Shown: positions 30,208-39,501, counted from the first letter of the stretch. The stretch: DNA of 64,000 nucleotides from Burkholderiales bacterium (GCA_035499735.1 DATJYC010000001.1:46016-110015); one strand, 5' to 3'. Made by a program: numbers and translations. Notes: generated by a model not told the origin, from the letters alone.

Positions 30208-31517
30208 GTCGAGTCGAGGAGCCTGGCCACGGTGTCCAGCAGGAAATCGATTTCTGCCGTGCCGATGGCGTACGGCGGCATCCAGTATACGGTCGAGCCC
30301 AGAGGCCGGAGCAGTACCCCGGCGTCGAGCGCCTTCCGCGAGAAATCCCTCGCGAATCCCGGCCCGGCGCCTTTCACGTCGAACGCCCAGATCATCCCGG
30401 TGTTGCGGAAGTGCTCGACCCGGGGATGGGAGCGGACCGCCACGGCGCGCTGGTTGAGATAGGCCGCGGTGCCACGGTTGCGCTCGAGGACGCCTTCTTC
30501 CTCCATGACATCGAGCACGGCGAGCGCTGCGCGGCAGGCGAGCGGGTTGCCGCTGTAGGAATGCGAATGCAGGAACGCGCGCTCCAGGGCGTCGTCGTAG
30601 AACGCCCGGTATACGCGCTCGCTCGCCATCACCACCGACAGGGGCAGGTAGCCCCCGGTGATGCCCTTGGACAGGCACAGCAGGTCCGGCGCGATCCCCG
30701 CCTGCTCGCACGCGAACAACGTGCCCGTGCGCCCGAAGCCGACAGCGATCTCGTCGGCGATGAGGAGCACCTCGAAGCGGTCGCAGATTTCCCGCGCCCG
30801 CCGCAGGTATTCCGGGTGGTGCATCGCCATGCCCCCGGCGCATTGCACCAGAGGTTCGACGATCACGGCGGCGGTGCGCTCGGCGTGCCGGTCGAGATGT
30901 GCCTGGAGCGCGAGCGCGCAGCGGGCGCCGAACTCCGCGGGCGTCTCGCCCTCGCGCGCGAGGCGCCAGTCGGGCGACGGCAGCCACGCGCCACTGCGAA
31001 GCAGAGGCTCGTAGCAGTCGCGGTACAGCGCGATGTCCGTCACCGACAGCGCGCCGAGTGTCTCGCCGTGATAGCCGTTGGCGAGAGCCAGGAACTCCGT
31101 CTTCCGCGGCCTGCCGGCGTTCCTCCAGTACTGGTGGCTCATCTTGAGCGCGATCTCGACGGCGGATGCGCCATCCGAGCCGAAGGAGCAGTGGCCCAGG
31201 CCGCCCGGCGCGAGCCGCCCCAGCCGCTCGGCGAGCTGGACCGCGGGCGCATGGGTCAGTCCCGCGAGCATGACGTGCTCCAGCGAGTCGAGCTGAGCGC
31301 GGAGCGCCGCGCCGATTCGCGGGTGGCCGTGCCCGAGCAGGTTGACCCACCAGGAGCTGATCGCGTCCAGAATGCGCCGGCCCTCGAAGTCGTGGAGCCA
31401 GACCCCTTGCGCGAGGCTGATCGGCACCGGCGGCAGCGCCTCATGGTGCTTCATCTGGGTACACGGATGCCAGACCGCATGCACACTGCGTTCGGCGAGT
31501 CCGGCATTCGAACTCAC
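30204..31517 (-). CDS. bioA: adenosylmethionine-8-amino-7-oxononanoate aminotransferase
   Basis: GTG start ([22 protein letters not shown]...). [24 protein letters not shown], and [14 protein letters not shown] (PLP Lys) are present. GTGA overlap with the bioD stop and ATGA overlap with the uvrB start. Confidence 0.9.
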   Translation of the reverse strand: MSSNAGLAERSVHAVWHPCTQMKHHEALPPVPISLAQGVWLHDFEGRRILDAISSWWVNLLGHGHPRIGAALRAQLDSLEHVMLAGLTHAPAVQLAERLGRLAPGGLGHCSFGSDGASAVEIALKMSHQYWRNAGRPRKTEFLALANGYHGETLGALSVTDIALYRDCYEPLLRSGAWLPSPDWRLAREGETPAEFGARCALALQAHLDRHAERTAAVIVEPLVQCAGGMAMHHPEYLRRAREICDRFEVLLIADEIAVGFGRTGTLFACEQAGIAPDLLCLSKGITGGYLPLSVVMASERVYRAFYDDALERAFLHSHSYSGNPLACRAALAVLDVMEEEGVLERNRGTAAYLNQRAVAVRSHPRVEHFRNTGMIWAFDVKGAGPGFARDFSRKALDAGVLLRPLGSTVYWMPPYAIGTAEIDFLLDTVARLLDST

Positions 31518-32188
31518 GCCGCCGCCTCGATCAGGTGTCTTCGCAGGAGAGGAGCGACGTTTTCGGAATGCGGCTCCCTCAGGAAGGGCACGACGCCGAG
31601 CAGCGGGCAGCCCAGCCTGTCGTCGAGAGCGCGGATGTTCGCCTCGAGCTGCGGCATGCGGGGCGCGATGCAGTTCGCCACCCATCCCGCGCAGCGCAGG
31701 CCGCTCGCGGCGACCTGCGCACCGGTGAGGAGCGCGTGGTTGAGGCAGCCCAGGCGCATTCCCACCACCAGCACGACCGGAAGGGCGAGGCGGCGCGCGA
31801 GGTCGGAGCCATTGGCGCGCCCGTTGAGCGGCACGAGAAAGCCGCCGACGCCTTCGACCACGACGACATCGGCGCGCCGCGACAGGTCTTCATAGGCGCG
31901 CGCGATCGCATCGATCTCGATCGCGACACCGGCGAGCTCGGCCGCGATGTGCGGGGCGATTGCGGCATCGAAGGCGTAGGGGTTCACGAGACTCACGGGT
32001 GCCTCGACGGTGCTCGCCGCAACCAGGGCGTCCACGTCGGCCCAGCGGCCTTCTTCGCTTCCCGCGGCGACCGGCTTCATTCCGACCGTCGAGTTCCCGG
32101 CCGACGCGAAGGCCCGCAGGAGCGCGCAAGCAACGAGCGTCTTGCCGACCCCCGTGTCGGTCCCCGTCACGAAGTAGCCCCGGCCCAC
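31514..32188 (-). CDS. bioD: dethiobiotin synthase
   Basis: (V)GRGYFVTGTDTGVGKTLVACALL P-loop. GTG at 32188 is preferred. A TTG at 32200 overlapping the bioF stop is an alternative start. Confidence 0.85.
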   Translation of the reverse strand: MGRGYFVTGTDTGVGKTLVACALLRAFASAGNSTVGMKPVAAGSEEGRWADVDALVAASTVEAPVSLVNPYAFDAAIAPHIAAELAGVAIEIDAIARAYEDLSRRADVVVVEGVGGFLVPLNGRANGSDLARRLALPVVLVVGMRLGCLNHALLTGAQVAASGLRCAGWVANCIAPRMPQLEANIRALDDRLGCPLLGVVPFLREPHSENVAPLLRRHLIEAAA

Positions 32189-32196
32189 GTCGTCGC

Positions 32197-33372
32197 TCAA
32201 GCGTGAGCCTCGGCGCCGCGGGCGCAGGCTTCGCGCAGTGCCCCCGTGAGGCGGGCAATGTCCTCCTCGCTGTGCGCCGCCGAAAGCGAGATCCGCAGGC
32301 GCGCCGTGCCCTCGGGTACGGTCGGCGGGCGGATCGCCGGAACCAGTATCCCTCGCTCGCGCAGCGCGCCGGCCGCGTCGAGCGCCCTGGCGTTGGCGCC
32401 GAGGACGAGCGGCTGGATCGGCGTATCCGATCGCCCGAGGCGGGGCTCGACGTCGCTCAGCAGGCGCTTGAGAGACCCGATGTGCGCCCTCAGCCGTTCC
32501 CGCCGCCATTCGTCGTCGCGGATCAGCTGGAGGCTGGCCTCCACGGCGGCGCAGAGCAACGCGGGCGTCGCCGTGGTGTAGATATAGGTTCGCGCCCGCT
32601 GCAGCACGGTCTCGACGATGTCCGGCGCGCCGGCGACAAAGGCGCCGGAAACCCCTGCGGCCTTTCCCAGGGTACCGACATAGACGAGACGCGGCGATTG
32701 CGCGGAGAAATACGCCGGCGAGCCCCGTCCTTCGGGACCGAGGACGCCGAAGCCGTGCGCATCGTCGAGCACCAGCAGCGCGTCGTGGCGCTCGCACAGA
32801 TCCAGCAGACCCGGGAGCGGCGCGATGTCGCCGTCCATGCTGAACACGCCGTCGGTGACGACGAGCCTGGCCCCGCCGCCGTAGGACGCTAGCGCGCGAG
32901 ACAGGAAATCGACGTCGCCATGCGGATAGCGCACAACCTGGGCGCGCGACAGGCGAACCCCGTCGATCAGAGACGCATGGTTCAGGGCGTCGGAGTACAC
33001 GACATCCTCCGGTCCCGCGAGGGCTGTGATGACGCCGATATTCGCCTGATAACCGCTCGAGAAGAGGAGCGCCCGCGGCATCCGAACAAATTCGGCGAGC
33101 GCAGACTCGAGGCGATCGTGCTCCGCGCTGTGCCCGCTCAGGAGGTGCGACGCTCCCTGCCCTATTCCGTGGCGCCGCGCCGCGACGACCGCTGCTTCCA
33201 CGACGCGCGGGTGATTGGCAAGCCCAAGGTAGTCGTTGCTGCAGAACGCGACGTACTCTCGCCCCTCGACCCGTATGCGGGGCCCCTGAGCGCCCTCACG
33301 CGCAAGGCGGCGCCGCATCAGGCCCGCGCGACCGATCGCGGCGAGCCGGTCGGCGATGAGTTCGAAGATCAC
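32197..33372 (-). CDS. bioF: 8-amino-7-oxononanoate synthase
   Basis: The GTG start (VIFELIADRL...) lies 1 nt after the aldolase stop. FCSNDYLGLANHP, DDAHGFGVLG, and GTLGKAAG (PLP Lys) are present (391 aa). Confidence 0.9.
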   Translation of the reverse strand: MIFELIADRLAAIGRAGLMRRRLAREGAQGPRIRVEGREYVAFCSNDYLGLANHPRVVEAAVVAARRHGIGQGASHLLSGHSAEHDRLESALAEFVRMPRALLFSSGYQANIGVITALAGPEDVVYSDALNHASLIDGVRLSRAQVVRYPHGDVDFLSRALASYGGGARLVVTDGVFSMDGDIAPLPGLLDLCERHDALLVLDDAHGFGVLGPEGRGSPAYFSAQSPRLVYVGTLGKAAGVSGAFVAGAPDIVETVLQRARTYIYTTATPALLCAAVEASLQLIRDDEWRRERLRAHIGSLKRLLSDVEPRLGRSDTPIQPLVLGANARALDAAGALRERGILVPAIRPPTVPEGTARLRISLSAAHSEEDIARLTGALREACARGAEAHA

Positions 33373-33373
33373 G

Positions 33374-34087
33374 TCATCCCGGCGACTTGAGCCCGGCGAG
33401 GGCCCTGGCGCGCCACATCGGCCACGCGCGGTTATATTCCTGCACCGGGACCGAGGCGCGGATTTCGGCTTCGTCGAGGTAGACGATCTTGCCACCGGGC
33501 CCGGCGATCGTCATCGCCTGCAGCTGCATGCGCGCGCTCAGCTCCAGGTAGATGCTGCGCCCGACCGCGCGCGGCAGGGTCTCGCCCACGGTGACGGAGC
33601 CATGCCCTCGCATGAGCGCCGCGGGACTCCTGCCCAGCGTCTTCGCCAGCGCCTGGCCGAGGTAGGGGGTCTTGACCAGCAGATCGCTACCCTTTTCCGC
33701 GTCGCGGATCTCGAAGTTCGGGACGCCCTGCCCTACGAACGCGGCCATGTGGAACAGCGGCCGCATCGCGACCGCCGTGACGCTGAACGGCACCACCGAG
33801 GGGGAGTGATTGTGGACGACGGCGTTCACCTCGGACCGAGCCTTGTAGATCTCACCGTGGATGAAACGCTCGCGGACCGACTCCCGGCCGCGCGGGTCGA
33901 TCGGGTTGCTGTCTAGGTCATACTCCAGAATGTCGCCATGGGTCACGAGCTCCGGCGCGACCGAGCGCGCGAGCAGGTAGCGCAGGGGATCGCTCGCGGA
34001 GCGCACGCTGACGTGCCCGTAGGCGTCGATCACCCCCTGCTCCGCGAGTATCCGGTACGCAGCGACGAGGTCTTCAACCTGATTCAT
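33374..34087 (-). CDS. class II aldolase/adducin-family protein
   Basis: 237 aa. YGHVSVR...VVHNHSPSVVPFS...MRGHGSVTVG is the typical class II aldolase His-ligand pattern. Confidence 0.85.
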   Translation of the reverse strand: MNQVEDLVAAYRILAEQGVIDAYGHVSVRSASDPLRYLLARSVAPELVTHGDILEYDLDSNPIDPRGRESVRERFIHGEIYKARSEVNAVVHNHSPSVVPFSVTAVAMRPLFHMAAFVGQGVPNFEIRDAEKGSDLLVKTPYLGQALAKTLGRSPAALMRGHGSVTVGETLPRAVGRSIYLELSARMQLQAMTIAGPGGKIVYLDEAEIRASVPVQEYNRAWPMWRARALAGLKSPG

Positions 34088-34105
34088 CTGCTCCCCCGCA
34101 TCCGT

Positions 34106-35134
34106 CTAGTCGGCCTTGATGCCGGCGGCGGCCACGACGCGCGACCAGCGTGCGAGCTCCCTGCGCACCAGTTCGCCGAAGTGCTCGGAGCTTCCCCCTA
34201 CCGCGTTCATGCCCTGCTTTGCGAGCAGCGCGCGCGTGTCCGGCTGCGCGAGCAAAGCGTTCAACTCGGCGTTCAGCTTGGCGACGACCGGCGCGCTCGT
34301 GCCCGCAGGAGCGAAGACGCCGTACCACGTGTCCACCTCGAGATCGGTGAGGCCCAGCTCCTTGAGCGTCGGCACTTCCGGGAAGGCCGGGGAGCGTTCG
34401 GCGCTCATCACGGCCAGCATGCGCAGCTTGCCGCTCTGAACATAGGGAGCAACCGTCTGAAGCGACACGATCATCGCCTGCACGTGACCTCCGACGAGAT
34501 CCGTGAGCGCGCCCCCCGATCCCTTATACGGAACATGTACCAGGTCGATGTGCGCATTCTGCTTCAGGAGCTCCATCGCCAGGTGCTGCGGCCCGCCGCT
34601 CCCGGGAGAAGAATAGTAGAGCTTGCCCGGCTGGCTGCGCGCCAGCTCCACGAATTCGCTCATCGACTTGGCTGGCAGCGCCGTTGTGACGATGACGGCG
34701 ACGGAGCTGCTCGCGAGCTGGATCACCGGAACGAAGCTCTTGATGGGATCGAAGGGCAGCTTCCGGTTGACAGCCGGACTGGTGCCGAACGAGGTCGCGG
34801 TGCACAGCAGCGTGTAGCCGTCGGGCGGGGCCTTGGCGACGAAGTCGGTTCCGATATTGCCCGACGCGCCGGCCCTGTTCTCGGTAACCACCGCTACCTT
34901 CCAGCGCTCCGCGAGCTTCGGCCCGAGGATACGCGCGAGAATGTCCGCGCCTGTGCCGGGCGTGTACGGCACCACGATCTGGATCGTGCGGCCCGGCCAG
35001 TCTACTTCCTGCGCGACGCATGGAGCGGGAGCCAGGAGCAGCAGCGCGAACGCCGCGATAGCTGTACCGATCGTCCGAAGCAATGGAATTTCCTCCGGTG
35101 CGCGAATCTCTAAGCCCCAATTATGCCTAAGCAT
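34106..35134 (-). CDS. Bug-family (TctC-like) substrate-binding protein
   Basis: 342 aa. Signal peptide ...LLLLAPAPCVAQ, TIQIVVPYTPGTGADILARIL...ENRAGASGNIGTDFVAKAPPDGYTLL. The exact start is uncertain. Confidence 0.8.
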   Translation of the reverse strand: MLRHNWGLEIRAPEEIPLLRTIGTAIAAFALLLLAPAPCVAQEVDWPGRTIQIVVPYTPGTGADILARILGPKLAERWKVAVVTENRAGASGNIGTDFVAKAPPDGYTLLCTATSFGTSPAVNRKLPFDPIKSFVPVIQLASSSVAVIVTTALPAKSMSEFVELARSQPGKLYYSSPGSGGPQHLAMELLKQNAHIDLVHVPYKGSGGALTDLVGGHVQAMIVSLQTVAPYVQSGKLRMLAVMSAERSPAFPEVPTLKELGLTDLEVDTWYGVFAPAGTSAPVVAKLNAELNALLAQPDTRALLAKQGMNAVGGSSEHFGELVRRELARWSRVVAAAGIKAD

Positions 35135-35158
35135 CGAGGCTTCCGCGTGGCCCTTTCG

Positions 35159-35187
35159 TTGACCGGGCTCCTAGCGCGAATTAGAAT
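35159..35187 (+). promoter_or_regulatory. candidate sigma-70 promoter for tRNA-Asn
   Basis: TTGACC-N17-TAGAAT, about 47 nt upstream of the mature tRNA 5' end. Confidence 0.45.
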
Positions 35188-35233
35188 ACGCGCCTTCAAA
35201 TCTTCTGGCCTGACGCTCGGCCGAAGACCCGAT

Positions 35234-35309
35234 TCCCCGATAGCTCAGCTGGTAGAGCGACGGACTGTTAATCCGCAGGTCCCAGGTTCGAGCCCTGGTC
35301 GGGGAGCCA
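35234..35309 (+). tRNA. tRNA-Asn (anticodon GTT)
   Basis: Acceptor stem TCCCCGA/TCGGGGA, D-arm AGCTCAGCTGGTAGAGC, anticodon loop CTGTTAA, T-arm GGTTCGAGCCC, and an encoded CCA end. Confidence 0.95.
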
Positions 35310-35321
35310 CGTTTCTTGCCC

Positions 35322-36929
35322 TCACGCGACCACCGTCCCGTTGCGGTGGCCGACGACCACCCGGTTGCGGCCGGCCCCCTTTGCCGCGTAGAGCGCCATG
35401 TCGGCGACGCGCAGCAGTCCGTCGGCGTCCTGCGCATGATCGGGGTACAGTGCGACGCCGAAAGACGCAGCGATCCGTCCGAGGCCTTTCCCCTCGTAGC
35501 TGAGCTCTAGACCCCAGATCGAACCGCGGATGTCCTCGGCGCGTCGCTCGGCCGCCTCCAGGCCGGTTTCCGGAAGCACCAGAGCGAACTCCTCCCCTCC
35601 GTAGCGGCACGCGATGTCGCTTCCCCGCACCTTGCCTTTCAGCAGATTCCCTACTGAATTGAGCACGAGGTCCCCCGCTTCGTGCCCGAAGGAATCGTTG
35701 ATCCGCTTGAACCGGTCGAGGTCCAGCAGGATGACGGCGACCGGCGCGGTGTTCCGCCCGGATCGAGCCAGCTCGCGCGGCAGGAATTCGCTGATGTAGC
35801 GGCGGTTGTAGAGGCCGGTCAGCGGGTCCGATATCGCCTGCTCCTGCAGGCGCCTTTCGCGCTGTTGCAGCGCTCCGGCCATATCGTCGAAAGCGTGCGC
35901 AAGCTGGCCGAGCTCCTCGTTGCCGTAGACGATTCCAGTACGGGCGTTCAGATCGCCGCCACGCATCCGCTCGGCCGCGCGAAGAAGCGCCCTGAACTTG
36001 CGCAGCATGAACAGCTCCGCTCCGAACCAGGCGGCGACCAGCAGGAACAGCGTGGCCAGGGTTATGCCGAGCAGGTCACGGACCAGCGCACGATTGGCCT
36101 CGGCGAAAACCCGGCTGAGCGGCACCGTGATCAGGACGCGCAGCGGAAAGGCGCCGTCGGGGTTCTTGTAGATCACCTGGTGGGCGAGCAGCCACGCGAC
36201 TCCGTCCTCGCCCTTGACCTCGAGCACGCCCTCGCTGCCGGCGAGTATCGACTCGATCACCTGCGGGTTCCAAAGCTTTTGTCCGATTCGCTCCTTCAAG
36301 GCCGGCTTTCGCGAGAGAATCGTGCCCTTGACGTCGATCACGCTCAGGATGCCCTCGGGGGGCAGCGGGGTCGCCTCGGCCATGCGCGCGAGATTCTCGA
36401 GGTCGAGTCCGGCGAACGCCACTGCACGTACCTTCTTGTCCGCGTCCGTCACAGGAAATCCGAAATTGATCCCGGCCTGCCTCGTCACGCGTCCGATCTG
36501 ATATCCGCCCACGGCAAAACGGCCGGTCTCCTTGGCCAACCTGAAGTAGAGGCGGTCGCCGCTGTACACCTTGGCCTGCCATGTCACCGCGTTGCAAAGC
36601 AGGTTGCCGGTCTCGTCGAACAACCCCATGGCGTGATAGCTGTTCCGGTTCTGAGCAAGCAGATTCCTGAAGTAGTCCGTGCAACGCTTCCTGTCCTCGA
36701 GCAGCGTAACGAGAATGGGCAGCGAAGCCACCATCATCTGCCTTGCGCTCTCCACGACCTGCCACTGCTGCATCGCGGCCAGCTTCACCAGACGGACAAG
36801 CTCGGCACGCGCCTGCCTCTCCTGCGATTCGCGGCGCTCCAGCGCGCTGTAGACGGTGAAAGCCAGCGCGGGAAGAGCCGCAAGTACCACGAGCAGCAGT
36901 ATCCGTGCGCGGGTCTTGAGGTTGGTCAT
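35322..36929 (-). CDS. membrane diguanylate cyclase: periplasmic Cache-like sensor - HAMP - GGDEF
   Basis: Internal start MTNLKTRARILLLVVLAALPALA (TM1), an approximately 280-aa periplasmic domain, TM2, a HAMP domain (...GDLNARTG...LAHAFDDMAGAL), and a GGDEF domain with RGSDIACRYGGEEF (RxxD I-site plus GGEEF). Confidence 0.9.
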   Translation of the reverse strand: MTNLKTRARILLLVVLAALPALAFTVYSALERRESQERQARAELVRLVKLAAMQQWQVVESARQMMVASLPILVTLLEDRKRCTDYFRNLLAQNRNSYHAMGLFDETGNLLCNAVTWQAKVYSGDRLYFRLAKETGRFAVGGYQIGRVTRQAGINFGFPVTDADKKVRAVAFAGLDLENLARMAEATPLPPEGILSVIDVKGTILSRKPALKERIGQKLWNPQVIESILAGSEGVLEVKGEDGVAWLLAHQVIYKNPDGAFPLRVLITVPLSRVFAEANRALVRDLLGITLATLFLLVAAWFGAELFMLRKFRALLRAAERMRGGDLNARTGIVYGNEELGQLAHAFDDMAGALQQRERRLQEQAISDPLTGLYNRRYISEFLPRELARSGRNTAPVAVILLDLDRFKRINDSFGHEAGDLVLNSVGNLLKGKVRGSDIACRYGGEEFALVLPETGLEAAERRAEDIRGSIWGLELSYEGKGLGRIAASFGVALYPDHAQDADGLLRVADMALYAAKGAGRNRVVVGHRNGTVVA

Positions 36930-37025
36930 GTTGGGCACGCACCTCGGCACGCCCTGCCCGGGTGCCAAATTTTCACGCAGTCCCCGGGGCACGGCGCCGT
37001 CCATTCCCGCACGGCGCCTATGACG

Positions 37026-37048
37026 ATGGAATACGACAATGGAATACG
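37026..37048 (+). repeat. tandem direct repeat ATGGAATACG x2 (13-nt period) abutting the rpfF -35 region
   Basis: Exact 10-mers at 37026-37035 and 37039-37048. Confidence 0.6.
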
Positions 37049-37054
37049 CCTCCC

Positions 37055-37082
37055 TTGCGAGCTTTCGATTTGGGAGTATAGT
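37055..37082 (+). promoter_or_regulatory. candidate sigma-70 promoter of the rpfF-like gene
   Basis: TTGCGA-N16-TATAGT, followed by a roughly 55-nt leader and AAGGGA 7 nt before the ATG at 37145. Confidence 0.4.
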
Positions 37083-37144
37083 CTGCGCAAGACGTACTTC
37101 TTCTGCAATCCGCTTCTCCACCACACTAACGAAAGGGAAAAATC

Positions 37145-38068
37145 ATGAACGCACCGGTCGATTTTGGAGCAATACAGGGGATTTTTCAAAAGCAATACCG
37201 GCAAATCGAAGTCCGTTTCGATCCCGACTTGAGCGCCGCTTGGACCTACATGAAGCCCTCCGGCGCACCCTGCTTCAACCTGGGCATGCTCGAAGAGCTG
37301 CGCGCCCACGATAGCGCGATCGAGTCCTCCGGAGGACGCGTGCTCCACCACGGGGAGCTCCACCAGATCCACTACTACGTCGGCGCCTCCAGAATAGAGG
37401 GCATCTTCAGCCTCGGCGGGAATCTCGCGAATCTCGTGCAGCTGATCCGCTCGGGCGACCGTGACACTCTCGTCCGCTATGCCAAGCTGTGCGTCGACAA
37501 CATGTACCCGAGGTTGTGCAACTACAACAGCCCGATCACCACGATCTCGCTGGTACAGGGAGAGGCGCTCGGGGGAGGTTTCGAGACCGCGCTCGCTTCG
37601 AACGTCATCATCGCCGAGCGTCGCTCGCAGATGGGCCTGCCGGAAATCCTGTTCAACCTCTTCCCCGGCAACGGCGCCTACAGCCTGCTCGCGCGGCGCG
37701 TCGGGATCAGGCGCGCCGAGGAGATGATCCTCTCGGGACGAGTCTATACCGCGGTCCAGCTTAGGGACATGGGCGTAGTGGACGTGATCGCGGAAAACGG
37801 CGACGGCGAGGCGGCAGTTCGCGCCTATATCCGCGGCAACGAGCGGCGTCGCAACGGCATGCAGGCGATGTTCGAGTGCCGTCGGCACCTCGATCCCGTG
37901 AGCTACGAAGAGCTGCTCAACATCGCGAATGTCTGGGTCGACGCCGCGCTGCGCGTCGAGGAAAAGGATCTCAAGCTGATGAGCCGTCTCGGACGCTCGC
38001 AGATCCGGCGCACGGAAGGGCCCGCCGTCGAGGAACCTGCCCGCGAATTCCGCTTCGCGATGGCCTGA
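37145..38068 (+). CDS. rpfF: RpfF-like DSF-family signal synthase (crotonase/enoyl-CoA hydratase fold)
   Basis: 307 aa. IFSLGGNLANLVQLIRSGDRDTLVRYAKLCV parallels Xanthomonas RpfF ...FNLGGDLALFCQLIREGDRARLLDYAQRCV. ALGGGFETAL and GLPEILFNLFPGNGAYS carry the two catalytic Glu positions (Xcc sequence recalled from memory). Confidence 0.85.
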   Translation: MNAPVDFGAIQGIFQKQYRQIEVRFDPDLSAAWTYMKPSGAPCFNLGMLEELRAHDSAIESSGGRVLHHGELHQIHYYVGASRIEGIFSLGGNLANLVQLIRSGDRDTLVRYAKLCVDNMYPRLCNYNSPITTISLVQGEALGGGFETALASNVIIAERRSQMGLPEILFNLFPGNGAYSLLARRVGIRRAEEMILSGRVYTAVQLRDMGVVDVIAENGDGEAAVRAYIRGNERRRNGMQAMFECRRHLDPVSYEELLNIANVWVDAALRVEEKDLKLMSRLGRSQIRRTEGPAVEEPAREFRFAMA

Positions 38069-38232
38069 GCAACGCCTCGAGCCGGCTCCCGAGTGAACCG
38101 AGGGGGCCGGTCTTGGCCGCGAATCCGCGGCCTGCCGGGGCGGCTCTGGTCCGTCTTGACCGGTGCGTCCAGACGCGCCCCGGCAGTACTTTCCCGCTTG
38201 GCCCGTTGCGGGCGCGCAAGCCCGCGCTTCCA

Positions 38233-39501
38233 TCAGGGCCGAAAACCAGCAAGAAGCAGGCTCGCATTGGTACCGCCGAATCCGAAGCTATTGGAGAGAA
38301 TCGTGCGCAGCTCGGTCTGGCGCGTGGACCGAACGACGGGCAACCCTTCGAAGTCGGGGTCCAGCGTCTCGATGTTGATCGAAGGCGCGATGAAGCCGTG
38401 CTCAAGCATGGCCACGCAGAAAATCGTCTCCAGTGCGCCCGCCGCGCCCAGAGGATGGCCAGTCATCGACTTCGTGGATGAGAACGGCGGGAGCGCCCCA
38501 CCGAACACCGTCTTCATCGCGATCACCTCGGCGAGGTCGCCCTTGGACGTCGAAGTGCCGTGGGTCTTCACCGCGCCGACGTCGCCGGGGCCGATCCCCG
38601 CGTCGCGCATGGCGCTGAGCATGCACTTCGCGGCGTGAGCGCCAGTCGGCTCCGGCATCACCATGTCGAACCCGTCCGAGCTGGTGCCAAAGCCGATGAC
38701 CTCGGCGCGCACTCTGGCACCCCGCGCGAGCGCAAGATCGAGAGCCTCCAGAACGACGATGCCCGCTCCGCCGCCGATCACGAAGCCGTCGCGCTCGCGA
38801 TCGTACGGGCGGGATGCGCGTTCCGGGGTGTCGTTGTACTTCGAGGAGAGTGCGAATCTCAGTGCCTGGAATCCCGCGGTGATCAGCGGGTGCACCTCCT
38901 CCCCTCCTCCGGCGATCACGCGCTCCACGAGACCATTGCGGATGAGCTCGTACGCCGTCCCGATGCTGTGCGAGGATGTCGAGCAGGCCGAGCTGATCGA
39001 GTAGCTGCGACCGTGGACCTTGAGCAGGTTGGCCACCGCCGCGCTCGAGGAGCTCGCCATGCCTTTCAGCACGACGAAGGGGCTGAGCTTGGAGATCTCG
39101 CCGGCGTAGACCTGCCGTCCCCCGGCGTAGATCGATTCGACGCTCCCGATACCCGTCCCGACGATGCAGGCTGTGGCATCCGACTGCACTTCGGCCTCCG
39201 AGAGGCCGGAATCCCCGACCGCATCGAGCGCGGCGATGCAGCAGTACTTGGACGCTTCCGACATCGTCGGCAGCAGTCTCTTCGGGATCGGCGTGCGCTC
39301 GAGCTTGGACTCCACTCCGGCAATCGCACCCGCCACCCGGCTCTTGAGGCCCAAACCTTCCCATTCCGGCATGCCGCGCACGCCACTCGCTCCGGCCCGA
39401 AGAGCTTCGACGACCCGGGGATACTCGTGCCCCAGACACGAGACCAGACCCACTCCGGTGATCGCCACGCGCCGAGAGGCCATCGATCGGAACCGCGTCA
39501 C
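38233..39501 (-). CDS. dedicated beta-ketoacyl-ACP synthase (FabB/FabF-type, intact Cys-His-His triad)
   Basis: RRVAITGVGLVS, YSISSACSTSSHSIG (Cys), KTHGTSTSKGD (His), TGHPLGAAG (His), and [15 protein letters not shown]. The GTG at 39501 overlaps the ACP stop (GTGA). An ATG at 39483 (MASRRVAITG) is an alternative start. Confidence 0.85.
   Translation of the reverse strand: MTRFRSMASRRVAITGVGLVSCLGHEYPRVVEALRAGASGVRGMPEWEGLGLKSRVAGAIAGVESKLERTPIPKRLLPTMSEASKYCCIAALDAVGDSGLSEAEVQSDATACIVGTGIGSVESIYAGGRQVYAGEISKLSPFVVLKGMASSSSAAVANLLKVHGRSYSISSACSTSSHSIGTAYELIRNGLVERVIAGGGEEVHPLITAGFQALRFALSSKYNDTPERASRPYDRERDGFVIGGGAGIVVLEALDLALARGARVRAEVIGFGTSSDGFDMVMPEPTGAHAAKCMLSAMRDAGIGPGDVGAVKTHGTSTSKGDLAEVIAMKTVFGGALPPFSSTKSMTGHPLGAAGALETIFCVAMLEHGFIAPSINIETLDPDFEGLPVVRSTRQTELRTILSNSFGFGGTNASLLLAGFRP

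Noticed and set aside
30208-30420. Search for a LexA SOS box (CTGT-N8-ACAG) upstream of uvrB
   Set aside because: Only partial resemblances were found (e.g. CCAGTATACGGTCG). Nothing had both half-sites, so no operator is claimed.
30208-31350. 5' extension that makes uvrB a 1064-aa ORF
   Set aside because: The extension is Arg/Pro/Gly-rich and overlaps bioA, which is well supported in another frame. A normal UvrB N-terminus ([12 protein letters not shown]...) begins at 30207, with an ATGA junction to bioA.
38115-38225. Hairpins GGCCGCG-aatc-CGCGGCC (38115-38132) and GCGGGC-gcgcaa-GCCCGC (38208-38225) between the convergent rpfF and KAS genes
   Set aside because: These are good GC stems, but neither is followed by a U-run on either strand. 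They may aid termination or mRNA stability, but I cannot support calling them intrinsic terminators.
36926-38233. 435-aa minus-strand ORF covering the rpfF region, and the 91-aa plus ORF at 37039..37314
   Set aside because: The first is antisense to the RpfF-like gene. The second is an out-of-frame overlap of its 5' end and promoter. Neither has motifs, whereas the RpfF frame has clear crotonase signatures.
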